From NCBI GenBank assembly GCA_951406725.2, contig OX597833.1, forward strand, positions 67,332,001 to 67,396,000: a stretch of 64,000 bases of DNA, written 5' to 3'. The number at the start of each line of letters is the position of its first letter. The first letter of the stretch is position 1. A program made the position numbers and the translations under genes. Below, piece after piece: positions 27,909 through 42,411 of this stretch. The notes under the pieces are model-generated. The model had not been told where the DNA came from. It ran no database searches and saw nothing but the letters and a program-made list of their open reading frames with translations. Origin of the DNA: Octopus vulgaris. Lineage: Eukaryota.

Positions 27909-29577
27909 ATAATAATAATAATAATAATTTCTACTATAGGCACAAAGCCTGAAATTTTGATTGTGAGGCTAGTGAATTCCCTCGACCTTAGCGCTTAACT
28001 GTACATATATTATCGACCCCGAATGTGATGAAAGGTGAAATCCATCTCATCGGAATTTGAACTCGGAAAGTGAAGGTGAAAGAAATGTCCTTAAACATTT
28101 TATCCATTCTGCTAGCTATTCTGCCAGCTCACCGCCTTAACAACAACAATAATAATAATAACGATGATGATGATATCGACGTGTGTGCATGCGTATACGT
28201 GTGTTAATGTGTGTGCTTGTCTGTTTGTCTTTGAAACTCTCTGCTCTGTGTTTGTATTTATGTGTGCACGTGTTTATCTTTTTATTTGCATGTTTGCCAT
28301 ATTCATTGGTGCTTGCAGTCCGGGAATTTCGTACGAATGTTCTCCTGTTTCTTTATCTGGATAGGATACAATAATCCATATATCTTTATTTAAACCAAAC
28401 GTCCAACAAACAAAGAATATGATAGATCCATTTTAATCAATAACTTGCGCTCAATTTGATCTACCCAGATGTTAATCACAAACAGTTACAACATATATAT
28501 TTGATAACCAGCTCAGACAATCGACCACCATTTTGGCCTCGCTTATCTCGCTGTTTGGTCTCACTAAATCTGCATTTTATGCTATGTTGTAAAAAGATCT
28601 CTTTATTTTAAACAGCCAGCAATCTTTAAATCAGTGTCTCCTTTTTTTTAACACAACAATAAAGCAATATGTTTCAATATCAGAGTACATGTGTAAGTGA
28701 ATTTACTTACTCATATTATTGTTTTATTTGTTTCAGACATTTGACTGCGGCCATGCTGGTGTAGGGCCTTTTAGTCGAACAAATCGACCCCAGGACTTAT
28801 TCTTTGTAAGACTAATACTTATTCTATCACTAAGTTACGGCGATGTAAACAACCAACATCGGTTGTCAAGCGAAAGTGGGCGGACAAACACAGAAACACA
28901 AACCTAGTGTAGAAAATAATATTTCCAGGGAAGAAATTATCCGATGTCTCCTCCTATCTTTGGAGAAGGTAAAGTGTGATATCAAGAAAATTCAGTTGCT
29001 ATTTCTAGGAATCGGAGTAACCATATGCAAGCTTCATGTGTATCTTGCCTAATAAACTGTAATACGATGGTATATTTGTTAGAGCATCGCAGAAGAAACA
29101 ATATAAAAACCCAATACAATGCAGTGGGAGAGGACCAATATATAATAATAGAGCACGTTTCGCAGCTGCGACGTTCTGGGTTCGATTCCAATAAGATGTC
29201 AAGTGCGATATTGGTTTCAATTTCTGATGCAAGGTCAGCAAATCCGGGAGAGAGAGAGAGAAAGATAGAGAGAATTCAATAATATATACCTCGGTGATCA
29301 ACTGGCACTTATTTTATCGATCCCCGTTTGGACGATATGCAAAATCAACCCCGATGGAGTTTGAACTTAGTTCGTTAAGAATTGACAAAATGTTTCTAAG
29401 CACTTTGTTCGGCGTGCTAACGAGTCTGCCAGCTGGACACCTGATGGTCAACTGGGATGCTGACCAGAAAAAATATTTTAACCCATGGCCTCGAATCAAA
29501 GTGTACAGAATTTGTGAGGCAGTGACCTAAATAATAATAATAATAATAATGATAATAATAATAATAATAATAATAAC

Positions 29578-29621
<44 letters not shown>

Positions 29622-29860
29622 TGATGATGGTGATGATAATAATATTAAGGATAATGATAATAATGATAATAAAAATAATAATAATAATGATGATGATAAT
29701 AATAATAATGATAGTGATAATAATAATGATAATAATAACAATAATAATAATGATGATGATGATAATAATAATAATAATAATAATAATAATGTTAATAATA
29801 ATAATAATAATGTTAATAATAATAATAATAATAATAATTATAATAACAATAATGATGATG

Positions 29861-29921
<61 letters not shown>

Positions 29922-30402
29922 GATAAACTTGTCCTATACTAATATCCCACCACGAAGTCAATTTTCCTCTTATTTTTTATTTTTATTGCCGTTAAACAAC
30001 GAGGTCGCTTCCATCCTACGCCAACCAATCAGTGCTCTTGTATTTATGCTAGAGATAACTGCAAGTTTGTTTCAAAGCCGAAGTAATATCTCGGAACAAT
30101 ATCTTATGTAATACAGTTTATGTAACACTCGAGAGATTGTTATGAAAGACAAAGATGAAAATTAATCAATTCACTTTTTTTTTACCTAATAGAAACCGCG
30201 GCTACACATTCGCTGAAATCAGCAAGTGAACGCTGAGAGAAGGAAAATAATTTGATTGCAAAAAAGTATATATATGTAAGGAAGTAGAAAAGCGACTTAG
30301 AGAACGGAGAAGGAGAGAAACGGAGGTGGGGAAGTATGCGGTTTCTATATGACTATTATACATGTGTATACATAGACACAAGCACACATATATACATACA
30401 TG

Positions 30403-30455
<53 letters not shown>

Positions 30456-30538
30456 GTACACGCATATATTTACATGCACATATATATGCAGGTATATATG
30501 TATATATCTACACATCCATCCATACATATATATGTATG

Positions 30539-30585
<47 letters not shown>

Positions 30586-30617
30586 ATTTATAATTTTAAT
30601 ATGAATATATAAGTATG

Positions 30618-30685
<68 letters not shown>

Positions 30686-31614
30686 CTTAAGACAATGACA
30701 GATAAACACGTAATATATCTATAGATATTTATATAATAATACACACACACACATACACACACATATACACGGACACATACATACACACACACAAATAGAC
30801 AGAGTGCGAAAGAGAAATGAGATGTGGTGAAGTGAGAGATACGTGGGAATGGGAACTAATAAGGAAAGAAATAAAGAAGAACAACATTTCAGATGGAAAA
30901 TAAAAGTTTAGAAAGAAAAAATATGAAAATTACATTATGTGGAAGAAAACTGATAGAAAAATGAGAGAAGGGTCAAATTATACGAGAGAAAAAGATGAAG
31001 AAGAAGAAGAAGGACAGAGAGAATTTGAAACTGCTTGAGAGAGAGAGAGGTAAATATGTATTGTGAAAAACTAAGATGAAGAGCGGAAGCGGAACAAGAT
31101 AACAAACCTCAGATTACATTGAAAGATAAGCGATAGGAAAGAAGGAAAAAGTTAAAAAGGAAAAAAAAAAATGGCGCAGAGTTCACTCGAGAAATGGATT
31201 TGAGAAATACAAAGGAAAATGTTTCTGGCTGCAATGAAAGAAGAAAAGTAAAAAAAAAAAAAAAGAGATGAGAGAGCGAGCGATGAAAGCTGTATCTATG
31301 TCCACGAGGCGAATGCGAAGACATCAATGTGTTATGAAGAATGGGAAGGAAAGAAAAATAAGCGAAGTAATAATTGGAAAAAAGAAGGTTTAATGGTAGA
31401 GAATGGAAGATTTGGTTTAAAACTGCCAAGACGAGGCTGAATAATTAACATACGCAATTTTTAATGAATAATGAAGCCATTAGTAAGCTCCATGGGGTAA
31501 TTAAAACGGATGATTAGTTGATTAGTTGATTAGTTTGCAGATTGTGCAGCATTTAGCATGAGGGAAATATAATCGTAAAGATACATGCATACATAATATA
31601 TAATGCATATGCAC

Positions 31615-31654
<40 letters not shown>

Positions 31655-31661
31655 ATAAGTA

Positions 31662-31717
<56 letters not shown>

Positions 31718-31913
31718 TGTGTGTGTATGAGTGAGTGTGTATACACCGATATGTATATGTATATATATATGTATGAGTGTATATATATATTATTATAATA
31801 TATATATATACGTATATATATATATATATACACGCATTCATGCATATATATATATATATATATACACACATTTATATCCGTATATATACATATACACATA
31901 CACGCACACACAC

Positions 31914-31947
<34 letters not shown>

Positions 31948-32767
31948 CGAGAGAGAGAGAGAGAGAAAGAGAGAAAGAGAGAAAGAGAGAGATAGAGAAA
32001 GAGAGAAAAAGAGAGAGAGAAAGAGAGAGAGAAAGAGATATAGTGAGGGAGCGATAAGTATTAATCGTATTCCACATTATTATATCCTGAAAGGTGCAAA
32101 AGTTCTCTCTGTGTAAAATGAAAATTTCACCGCAATTTCGACACAATAATTACACAATATCAAATACATCCTTTCCTCTATCTTTTTGTATCTCTACCCT
32201 TCCTATCACGCTCTCACATTCTCTTCCTCCCCGTCTCATTCTCTGTTCCTATGAATGATCAGCTGACGTAGTATGTTGTACCTCTGAAGCGCCCACCATC
32301 TCTTAATCATTCTCCACGCGAAAACTTTTTCGACCAGATTTTAGCATAATTAATGAAGAAGCCGATACGTTGCTGCGTAAATTCATGCTTCAGCCACCGC
32401 ATCGTAGTTGTTTAGATGTTAGCAATCGGGTATTGTTATTGATGAATCAAAGAAGATAACGGTGAGCCTGTATTCATGGCAGTGAACTTGCTTTTATGTT
32501 GCTGACTGAACTAGGAATAATTTTGAAGAAATTTTATTCATGACAGTGAAACGGAATTGATGATACTGAAACGGTTTTGATTATGGTAGGCCACAATGAA
32601 ATTTGGCTAATCAGCATTTCCATTGTTTAGGGAGTGTTGGTGAATATAAGACAGCGTTGAAGAAAATGTCTCAGTGTTGGTGAAGATGAGCCAAAATAGA
32701 TGAATATGACCCAGTGTTAGGGAAAATAATCCAGTGTTGGTGAAGACTAGTCAGAATAGGTGAATAT

Positions 32768-33410
32768 GTTTCTTTATTAGCCACACAGGGCTGCACACAG
32801 ACGGGACAGATTACAAAGTAGAGCTTTTCTTTTTGAGGAGAAAAGAAAAAAAAGGGGGTAGGTTTTCGATCAAAAGGGATCGTAAAAGGGGAAGACAGAA
32901 GAAAAAGAAAAAGAGAAAAAAGGAAAGAAAAAATAAAAAATAAAAATAAAAGAACGATCAATAGGGATCGTGTATCACAAATGTCATGTTGTAAAGTGTA
33001 AAGGGGGAATCAGATAAAGTTTATCCGTTGGTGGAAAGAAAAGCCTACGGAAAACACCACAATGACCTCGGTCAATAATTTCACATTTGTTTGCAAGTAA
33101 GTAACCCTCTGTTTTAAATTTTTCCGGGTTCATAGGATTATGCACAAGGTAGCTTCGTCATTCATACGTGCCATCCTTGCTACATTCACCCATCACTTTT
33201 TGAATCATTCGCTAGACAAAACTTGCCTCTCTACTCTCACTTTCCTTTTCAAGTGATACTTGAAAAAGTTGATGAGAGATTGACCAGAGAGGAAAGTGTT
33301 TGTCTCCAATCCTTTCAGACGCGTCCACCAGATACATTCTTTCGCCATAGACACAAGAATGATGAAAATAGCTCTTCCTTCCCGTTTGAAGGAAGGAGGC
33401 GTGACATGAG
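32768..33410 (-). pseudogene. 3' end of an L1/Tx1-like LINE (ORF2 C-terminus + 3' UTR)
   Basis: Minus frame FKREGRAIFIILVSMAKECIWWTRLKGLETNTFLSGQSLINFFKYHLKRKVRVERQ shows the AK..IW..R pattern of L1/Tx1 ORF2 ends. It is followed by a T-rich UTR ending ..AATAAAGAAA. Confidence 0.6.
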
Positions 33411-33710
33411 CCCGTGTTTGTGGAGATCAGCAAGTGTTGATAAACATATGTCAGTACTGATGAATGCGAAATAAAGTTGATAAATGTGAGCCAATATTGA
33501 TGCAAATGAGCCACTGTTGATTAAGATGTGCGAGGGTGAATGAAGATTAGCCAGGACTGGTAGCTATTAGCCAGAATTAGAGCTGGTGAAACAGTATTGA
33601 TCGTACAGTCCAAAATTGACTGTTGTGGAGTAGCACTAATGAGGTGCTAAAATTTGTGGTGATGGTGATCAACGGTGGTGAGTAGGATTTGCTTGCAGTG
33701 AGTGATTATT

Positions 33711-34020
33711 TTTTTGTTGTTGTTTATTCCTTCCCGAGTCATGCCTGGCTCATAAGGGTCGGTTTCCCGGTTTCATTGGCGTATATGTTCCCCACCTGGA
33801 CGGGAGGCCGGTCCGTCGCAGGTGAGCTGCAAGATGCAGGAGGAAAGCGTAAGAGAAAGTTGTGGCGAAAAAACAGCAGAAGTTCGCCATTACCTTCTGC
33901 CGGAGAAGCGTGGAGCAGGTGTTTCGCTCATAAACACACACATCGCCCGGTTTGAGATTCGAACCCGCGATCCTTCGACCGCGAGTCCGCTGCTCTAACC
34001 ACTAGGCCATGAGCCTCCAC
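33711..34020 (-). mobile_element. SINE family C, tail type 2
   Basis: Same head as type 1 but a different 3' part. 14-bp TSD AGTGAGTGATTATT at 33697 and 34021. Confidence 0.9.
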
Positions 34021-34809
34021 AGTGAGTGATTATTGATAGTGGTGAGCGAGAACTAGTGATATTTTGCGAGAATTAATGGTGGTGTGATACAACTGGTGAT
34101 CGCCACCAAGCGTTGACGGATATGACGGCGAATCAATACGGTTGAGAAAGCCTCTTGAGTAAAGAAGCGAAATGGATGCTAGTAAACCAGCATCGATAGC
34201 GGTGGACAAGAATTGTTGTTTTGAGCCAGCATTTATCAGGACGTGCTAGGATTGATGGTGCTAAACAATGATGATGGCATGGAGCCAATATTAATGATGG
34301 CGAGGCAATATTGTTGATGAAAAGCAAATTCTGATAACGAGCAAGTCAGTATTGATGGAGATGCGCCAGCGTTTCTGCTGCCGAGACTGTATTCGTAGTG
34401 GTGAGAGAACAACGATGGTTTTGTGTCGCTGCTGATGGTAAACAGCCAGAGTCGGCAGAAATACGCTTCTGGTTGGACCAACGGGGAGACGTCTGGATGT
34501 TCGTTCGACCAAATAGAAATTGCATTTTAAAAATATATTTGGCTAATATAAATTCGTACTGAGCGGCAAAGTAGGATTAAAAGAAGTAGGAATACTTAAG
34601 TCTCTAAGAAGTCACTTGACTGTATTTTAATCTGACAGAATTATCGGTGAAACCACCTTGATATATATATATATATTTTTTGTGTGTATGTACTAACATA
34701 AAGGAGACTTTGATAAAACTGTCATAAAACCAATTATTGAATTGGCCAGATGTCAGCTCTGCTAGAGTTGTCGTAGGATAATCGGCAACAACACGAGCAG
34801 CAGCAGCAA

Positions 34810-35200
34810 GTGAAGGCGCAATGGCCCAATGGTTAGGGCAACGGACTCGCGGTCGGAGGATCGCGGTTTCGATTCCCAGACCGGGCGTTGTGTGTGTTTA
34901 TTGAGCGAAAACACCTAAAGCTCCACGAGGCTCCGGCAGAGGAGAGGTGGAGAACTCTGTTGTACTCTTTCGCTCCAACTTTCTCTCACTCTTTCTTCCT
35001 GTTTCTTGTCTCCGACTTCCTACGCAACTGGTGAGCCTGGATGCGCATTCATTCATCCGTCGAGGCTCTCGGTGTCGGGGGTTGACCTGCTTTCTCTTCT
35101 GCGGGTCTTACGAATAGCAAAGGACCACGTTTCGGACTTCTCCCATCTTGCGAGCTCTGGAACGAAGACCTTTCGCTCAACAGCAACAACAACAACAGCA
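34810..35200 (+). mobile_element. tRNA-derived SINE family C, tail type 1
   Basis: A box TGGCCCAATGG, B box GTTTCGATTCC, (CAA/CAG)n tail. Matches 24666-25040. Confidence 0.85.
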
Positions 35201-35366
35201 GCAATAACAAAAATGAATGAAATAAAATCAAATGAGTCATAATGGTAGATGGGTAAAATTATAAAGGAATACATGAGTATGTATATATATATATATATAT
35301 ATGGATATAGATCTATGTATATGTATGTATATATATGTATGTGTGCGTATGTATATATATGTAAAC

Positions 35367-35401
<35 letters not shown>

Positions 35402-36564
35402 CGTGTGCATTTATGTATATACATATATGTATGAGGGTGTCTGCCTATATTCCGTTGTCTTAGTATATCTGTGTATGTCTTCAAATTTATCAATTCATAT
35501 TTTAAAAAACAAACAAAATAATCTAGTAATAAATCATTTATATATATATATATATAATAAACAAAACAGAAAAAAACATTCCATGAAGTAGAAGTTCTAA
35601 CAATAAATAAATAAATAACATTTAAATAAAAAAATAAAGACAAAATATAAAAAGCAATATAGAAAAAAATATGTTGTGAGTCAAAAACAGTTAAAAATCA
35701 TAATAATAAAACAGGCGAAGATTTGACGCCAAATATATATTTCTTTTCTCTTTTTCGTTTTATTGGCATCAAACAAACAACAAATATAAATAAAAACAGA
35801 AAACAATATATGCTTGAAATGATATTGAGAAAGAAACATATTTATTGTGTCATCGATCTGTAGGGAAAGCTGTTTCATTTGTTGAAAGGACTTTTAAAAG
35901 TCATGTGTAAAGGTTAAACCGGGTTTATTGGCCGCGATCTCTCAATTAATTTTTACGATACCATTAACCTCGTTTATACATACATACATACATACTTACA
36001 CGCACATATATACATGCGTACATACATAAATATATATAAGCACAAACACACACACACACATATATATATATATAATTTTAAGATAGGATAAAGTCGTTAT
36101 AAGAATATATCAAGTAGTTAGTGTGATAATCTTACAAGGGAAAAATTTATAATTATTCCCTTTAAATATATTTCTTATATTAAGAGCATTGCTACACTTA
36201 AATGCCTCAGGCTATGAGGGACCTTTAAAGTCAAATCTACCGCAATAACTATAACTAGATATATAGATATATATTAGTTTTGACTTCAAGAGTCCCCAAT
36301 AAGGTGAGTCATTTACGTCTAGTAATGCACTTAATATAATATAATATAATATAATATAATATATAATATAATATATATATTCTCTTATTCTTTTATTCTT
36401 TTACACGTTTCCGTCATTATACCGCAGCCATTCTGGTGCACCGCCTTAGAGAAGTTTTTGTTGAAGAAATTGAGCCAGTAAATATCTGAAATCCTTATAC
36501 TTATTTTATCGTTTTTTTGGCCTCAGCGCTAAGTTACGGGGACATAAACACAGACAGACACACG

Positions 36565-36605
<41 letters not shown>

Positions 36606-36827
36606 GTATCCCTGTAAGTATAACTCTGTGTGTATATATATGCATATATATATAAGTATGTGTGTGTATGTATGTATATATTTATGTGCATATATATATA
36701 TCTATATATATACATGTATCTATATATGTCTATGTATGTATATATAGTGAGAATTTACAAAAAAAGACGAAGACGGGTGTGTAAACAACAAACAAATGTA
36801 TTAGTTTAACGCTTGGAAATGAGAAAG

Positions 36828-36866
36828 TCCTTTACGTTTCGAGCCTACGCTCTTCGAGAGAAAGGA
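36828..36866 (-). ncRNA. Decayed hammerhead-like motif, same family as 53284
   Basis: TCCTTT-CTCTCGA-a GAGC gtag GCTC-GAAA-CGT-AAAGGA. The core is mutated. Confidence 0.45.
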
Positions 36867-36938
36867 ACACAGAAATAAACAGGGAGAGAAAATAGAAAAA
36901 GGTTTAGTGGGTGGCGATAGCAAGAGAGAGAGACTGTG

Positions 36939-37012
<74 letters not shown>

Positions 37013-37974
37013 TGTTTGTGTTTGTAAATCCGAAACGCTTGGACAGGAAGTCCTCTCCACTCTTCGTGCGTTTCATTCCCACCTGTCTTACACAAACCTA
37101 TGTTCTTGTTCCTTTCAAAACATATCATCGGTTTTCCTGAATGCTCTCGCTACTCGTATCTTTCCTATTTGTTGTTGACTCGCAAGGATATCAAGGAAAC
37201 ATTAACGCCAATGATATACCCCGTATGAAAGAGACCGGAAGCATCACGGGCAATTACCCTTTCCTTCTCACTCATAAAGAAATCTACACACCGAATACAT
37301 ACGCACATACACATACACATACACCCTCTCATAAACACCATACCGCCCGTAGATATGTAGACATACACACACATACACATATATATATTCATGATATTGT
37401 TCCAAAGATTATCATATTATTATTCGGTGCATCACATAGACTTCATATGGCAGAGTACGAGGTTATTGTTGTCTGTCCGTCATCTTAAGTAACGGATTAG
37501 CGAAATAATACCTGACAATATAAAATCCTCTTTTCTGTTAAGCCCAGGACCTTTTCAGCGCACCCTCATTCACACACACACACACACATACACATACATC
37601 AGTTGAATAAAGTTAAAACGTTCTTGTTTCAACTTTTTTCTATTATGGAATGTTAACTTTAAAAAATATTTTGCATTGCTCATAAAAGTAAATTAGGGCT
37701 TCCACACAGAGTGTAATTATCAGATTTCAAATATGTTTGACGGACAGTTGAGTTCTTGGCAACTTTATTTCCCTTAAGAACGCTGTAACAAGCTGAATGT
37801 TTAGAATGCCATTTTGACCAATCCGCATCCAGCTTAAACATCACATTTTACCAGGTGTGCCTTGTTTAAATTTATATGGCATATATATATATATATATAT
37901 ATATATGAGTGTTTGTATGTGTGTGTGCGTTTGTGCGTGCATGTGTGTGTTTGTAAAAATTTAATGCATATAAC

Positions 37975-38205
37975 AACTGGCCCTGTGTCCATTACGTGGA
38001 AGTGGCTGAGCGCTCCGCGGACACGTGTTCCTTTAATATAATTCTGAAGGAGATTAAGGTTGATAGAAAATGTGGAAAACCTCGCCATTTTCAATTACTG
38101 GTAGAACATATTTTGCATGGATGAGTAGATGGAGCAACGAGAAATAACATGTGTTGCTCCAAAGTATAAGGCACGGTCGGGAATCGAACCGACCACCTTA
38201 CGATC
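37975..38205 (-). mobile_element. Old tRNA-derived SINE family D (second copy ~55103-55575+, interrupted by SINE B)
   Basis: B box GGTTCGATTCCC on the minus strand. The 3' blocks resemble 55480-55575. Confidence 0.55.
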
Positions 38206-38339
38206 CATAGCATACATTCACAAATATATTAACGCAGAACAGTCTACACTTTCATTCTTGATGCGTTCATATTTTTTCACTATAATCTTCTACGTATATG
38301 TGTGTATGGATGTCTGTGTGCGTGTAGCAGTTACATATG

Positions 38340-38458
<119 letters not shown>

Positions 38459-38709
38459 TATATATATATATATATGTATATATATGTGAGCGTGTGTATG
38501 TATCTATGTATAAATGGGTATATGTGTGTATGATTGCATGTGTGTGTGTTTGTACATATGTGTGTGTTCGCACATATTCAATAATTGCATATACAAATAT
38601 ACACACACATGCATATATATATATATTATACATACATATATACATGCACGCATACATCCATACATCCATACATACATACGTACATACAGCAAATATATCA
38701 ATACATACT

Positions 38710-38779
<70 letters not shown>

Positions 38780-39430
38780 GTCTGTGTGTGTGTTTATGTG
38801 TGTGTGCATGTATCTCACATAGGTGTGTGTATGAGTATGTATCTGTATGAATATTTAGAAAGAGAAAACATATGACTAACAGGATTATTCCTGAATATTT
38901 GAGAAATAAAAAAAAAATAACGCGGAAAATACATTAGAGAAAAAAAAATCCGAAAAGAAAAGGCAAGCACTGCAAATTTTTTCGAAGTAAAGAAACGAAG
39001 ATTAAATAGGAGAAAACGCGAAAACAGATTCACAATGTCGGGGGATTAGGGTGTGGGTTGGGTCTTTTAGCGGTTGGGACAAGAACCAAAGAAAAAAAAA
39101 AAAAAAACAGGAAAAGTATTTTCCAAATTGTGAAAAAGAAACAGAACGCTACAAACAAATGTGGGAAAACAAAAGAGAGAAAATTGTGAACATAGAAAAA
39201 GTAAAGAACGAAGAAGGATGCTTAATGGAAATATAAGAGAAGCTTTGGTTAAAGTTGAGGTAATGTATGCGTCGTGTAGAATTGTGTATGTGTGTGTGTG
39301 TATGTGTGTATGTGTGTGAGAATTAGAAGAGATGGCTAAGTAAGTCTTTCAGATACTGCGAGGAACATTGCAGACGACAAACATCTGTCGAAATAATTGT
39401 TCACCAAATGGTATGGATGTGCAGTACATA

Positions 39431-39479
<49 letters not shown>

Positions 39480-39952
39480 AGTATATATATGTGATGTATA
39501 CATATATATATATACATATATACATGTATGTGTATATATATATATGCATATGTGTGTATTTGTATGTGTGGTGTTTATAGACATATATGTATATATATAT
39601 ATATGACTGTATATACATAGAATTGCATGTATATTCATGTATATCTATATACATATACTTGTATATACACATATACACACACACGCATGCACAGACACAC
39701 AGTCTCACTCTCTCAGAAACACACACGGGCATATATATATATATATATATGTATATATATGAACACACCTCAATATATAATGCATATATATGTGTATATA
39801 TTTGTTTAGACAATTTAATATACATGTGCACACAACTTTCGTTTGCATAGTCTATATTTGTACACATATGCACACACACACATACACACACACGCATATA
39901 TATATATACATATATATATATATATGTATACACGCACTCACACATATATACA

Positions 39953-40002
<50 letters not shown>

Positions 40003-40907
40003 ATATATATATATTGTATATATATGTGTATTTATATCAATATACAATATACTCATGTACATATAAAGAAATAGATATATACGTATATATGCATACATAT
40101 GCATATATCCGTATATTTCCACAGATATGCCTGTGTGAGCGTCTGGGCAGGAGAGGGTGTGGTGTACATTTATATAAGTTATATTTGCTACGATTTATCA
40201 GGGACACATGAGAGACAAGCGATACAATCTCTTTCTCTGTCTCTCTCTTTCACTTCTACTTTCACTTTCACCTTCTGTCTCTATCTCTTGTTCTATGTTT
40301 CTCTATGTTTTCACTCACACAGAATCACATACACACGGCGCTATCGCATACACATAGAAACAAATAAGCCACTTACATCCACCACTCACAGACACAACCT
40401 CACAGCGAGACCGAGACACATATAGAGAAATTTACGGATATCTACGAGAAAATCATTTCAAAATAGCCATTTGGGAAATAAAGCAAATTCCGAATTTATT
40501 GCTTACCAAAGTCTTATTTTGCAGTGAATACAAACTTCTCTCTCTGGAAAGTGTCCTTTTATGAAGTAGTCTCAGATTTATTGAAGATAATCGATAAATT
40601 AGTCAGCAACCAAACTGTAGCGGTTTTATTTCTCAAGTCTTTCTCGTTATCTTCTTAACACAAACTTTTACTGGTGACATGACCGTAGTGAGCGCCACCT
40701 GTAGATGTCTGGTTATAAATGTTGTTGCTCGTGTTTCTCAGCCAAGTAATTTTCCCCGCTGTTGGGACTTCGGGTTGTCGTTTCGACTTTGCCATTGATT
40801 TCAATTTGGCTTACATTTTCTGACCACGTTTTTCTAGCGTAGAACTTCGTGGAAGTTTGTCTTGTGTATGTGTGTGTATGTTTTTGTTTGTAGGTGTGTT
40901 TGTATAA

Positions 40908-42411
40908 GGCGGCGAGCTGGCAGAAACATTAGTCCACCGAGCGAATTGCGTAGCCGTATTTCGTCTGCCGTTACGTTCTGAGTTCATATTCCGCCGAGGT
41001 CGACTTTGCCTTTCATCCATTCGGGGTCGATAAATTAAGTACCAGTTACGCACTGGGGTCGATGTAATCGACTTAATCCGTTTGTCTGTCCTTGTTTGTC
41101 CTCTCTGTGTTTAGCCCCTTGCGGGTAGTAAAGAAATAGGTATTTCGTTTGCTGCTACGTTCTGAGTTCAAATTCCGCCGAGGTCGACTTTGCCTTTCAT
41201 CTATTCGGGGTCGATAAATTAAGTACCAGTTAAGCACTGGGGTCGATGTAATCGACTTAATCCGTTTGTCTATCCTTGTTTGTCCTCTCTGTGTTTAGCC
41301 CCTTGCGGGCAGTAAAGAAATAGGTATTTCGTCTGCCGTTACGTTCTGAGTTCAAATTCCGCCGAGGTCGACTTTGCCTTTCATCCATTCGGGGTCGATA
41401 AATTAAGTAGCAGTTAAGCACTGGGGTCGATGTAATCGACTTAATCCGTTTGTCTGTCCTTGTTTGTCCTCTCTGTGTTTAGCCCCTTGCGGGTAGTAAA
41501 GAAATAGGTATTTCGTTTGCTGCTACGTTCTGAGTTCAAATTCCGCCGAGGTCGACTTTGCCTTTCATCCATTCGGGGTCGATAAATTAAGTACCAGTTA
41601 CGCACTGGGGTCGATGTAATCGACTTAATCCGTTTGTCTGTCCTTGTTTGTCCTCTCTGTGTTTAGACCCTTGCGGGTAGTAAAGAAATAGGTATTTCGT
41701 CAGCTGTTACGTTCTGAGTTCAAATTCCGCCGAGGTCGACTTTGCCTTTCATCTATTCGGGGTCGATAAATTAAGTAGCAGTTAAGCACTCGGGTCGATG
41801 TAATCGACTTAATCCGTTAGTCTGTCCTTGTTTGTCCTCTCTGTGTTTAGCCCCTTGCGGGTAGTAAAGAAATAGGTATTTCGTCAGCTGTTACGTTCTG
41901 AGTTCAAATTCCGCCGAGGTCGACTTTGCCTTTCATCCATTCGGGGTCGATAAATTAAGTACCAGTTAAGCACTCAGGTCGATGTAATCGACTTAATCCG
42001 TTTGTCTGTCCTTGTTTGTCCTCTCTGTGTTTAGACCCTTGCGGGTAGTAAAGAAATAGGTATTTCGTCAGCTGTTACGTTCTGAGTTCAAATTCCGCCG
42101 AGGTCGACTTTGCCTTTCATCCATTCGGGGTCGATAAATTAAGTACCAGTTAAGCACTCGGGTCGATGTAATCGACTTAATCCGTTTGTCTGTCCTTGTT
42201 TGTCCTCTCTGTGTTTAGCCCCTTGCGGGTAGTAAAGAAATAGGTATTTCGTCTGCCGTTACGTTCTGAGTTCAAATTCCGCCGAGGTCGACTTTGCCTT
42301 TCATCTATTCGGGGTCGATAAATTAAGTACCAGTTAAGCACTGGGGTCGATGTAATCGACTTAATCCGTTTGTCCTCTCTGTGTTTAGTCCCTTGTGGGT
42401 TGTAAAAAAAA
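40908..42411 (+). repeat. Tandem array of SINE family B: one complete head, then 8 units of 184 bp
   Basis: TATTTCGT unit starts at 40957, 41141, 41325, 41509, 41693, 41877, 42061 and 42245. The last unit is shortened and ends in an A-run. Confidence 0.95.

Larger units (their letters stand above)
32630..34480. repeat. Ancient degenerate ~20-bp minisatellite (consensus like CAGTGTTGGTGAAGATGAGC), interrupted by the LINE fragment and SINE C
   Basis: 20-bp periodicity is clear at 32672-32768 and 33411-33580 and fades on either side. Confidence 0.65.
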
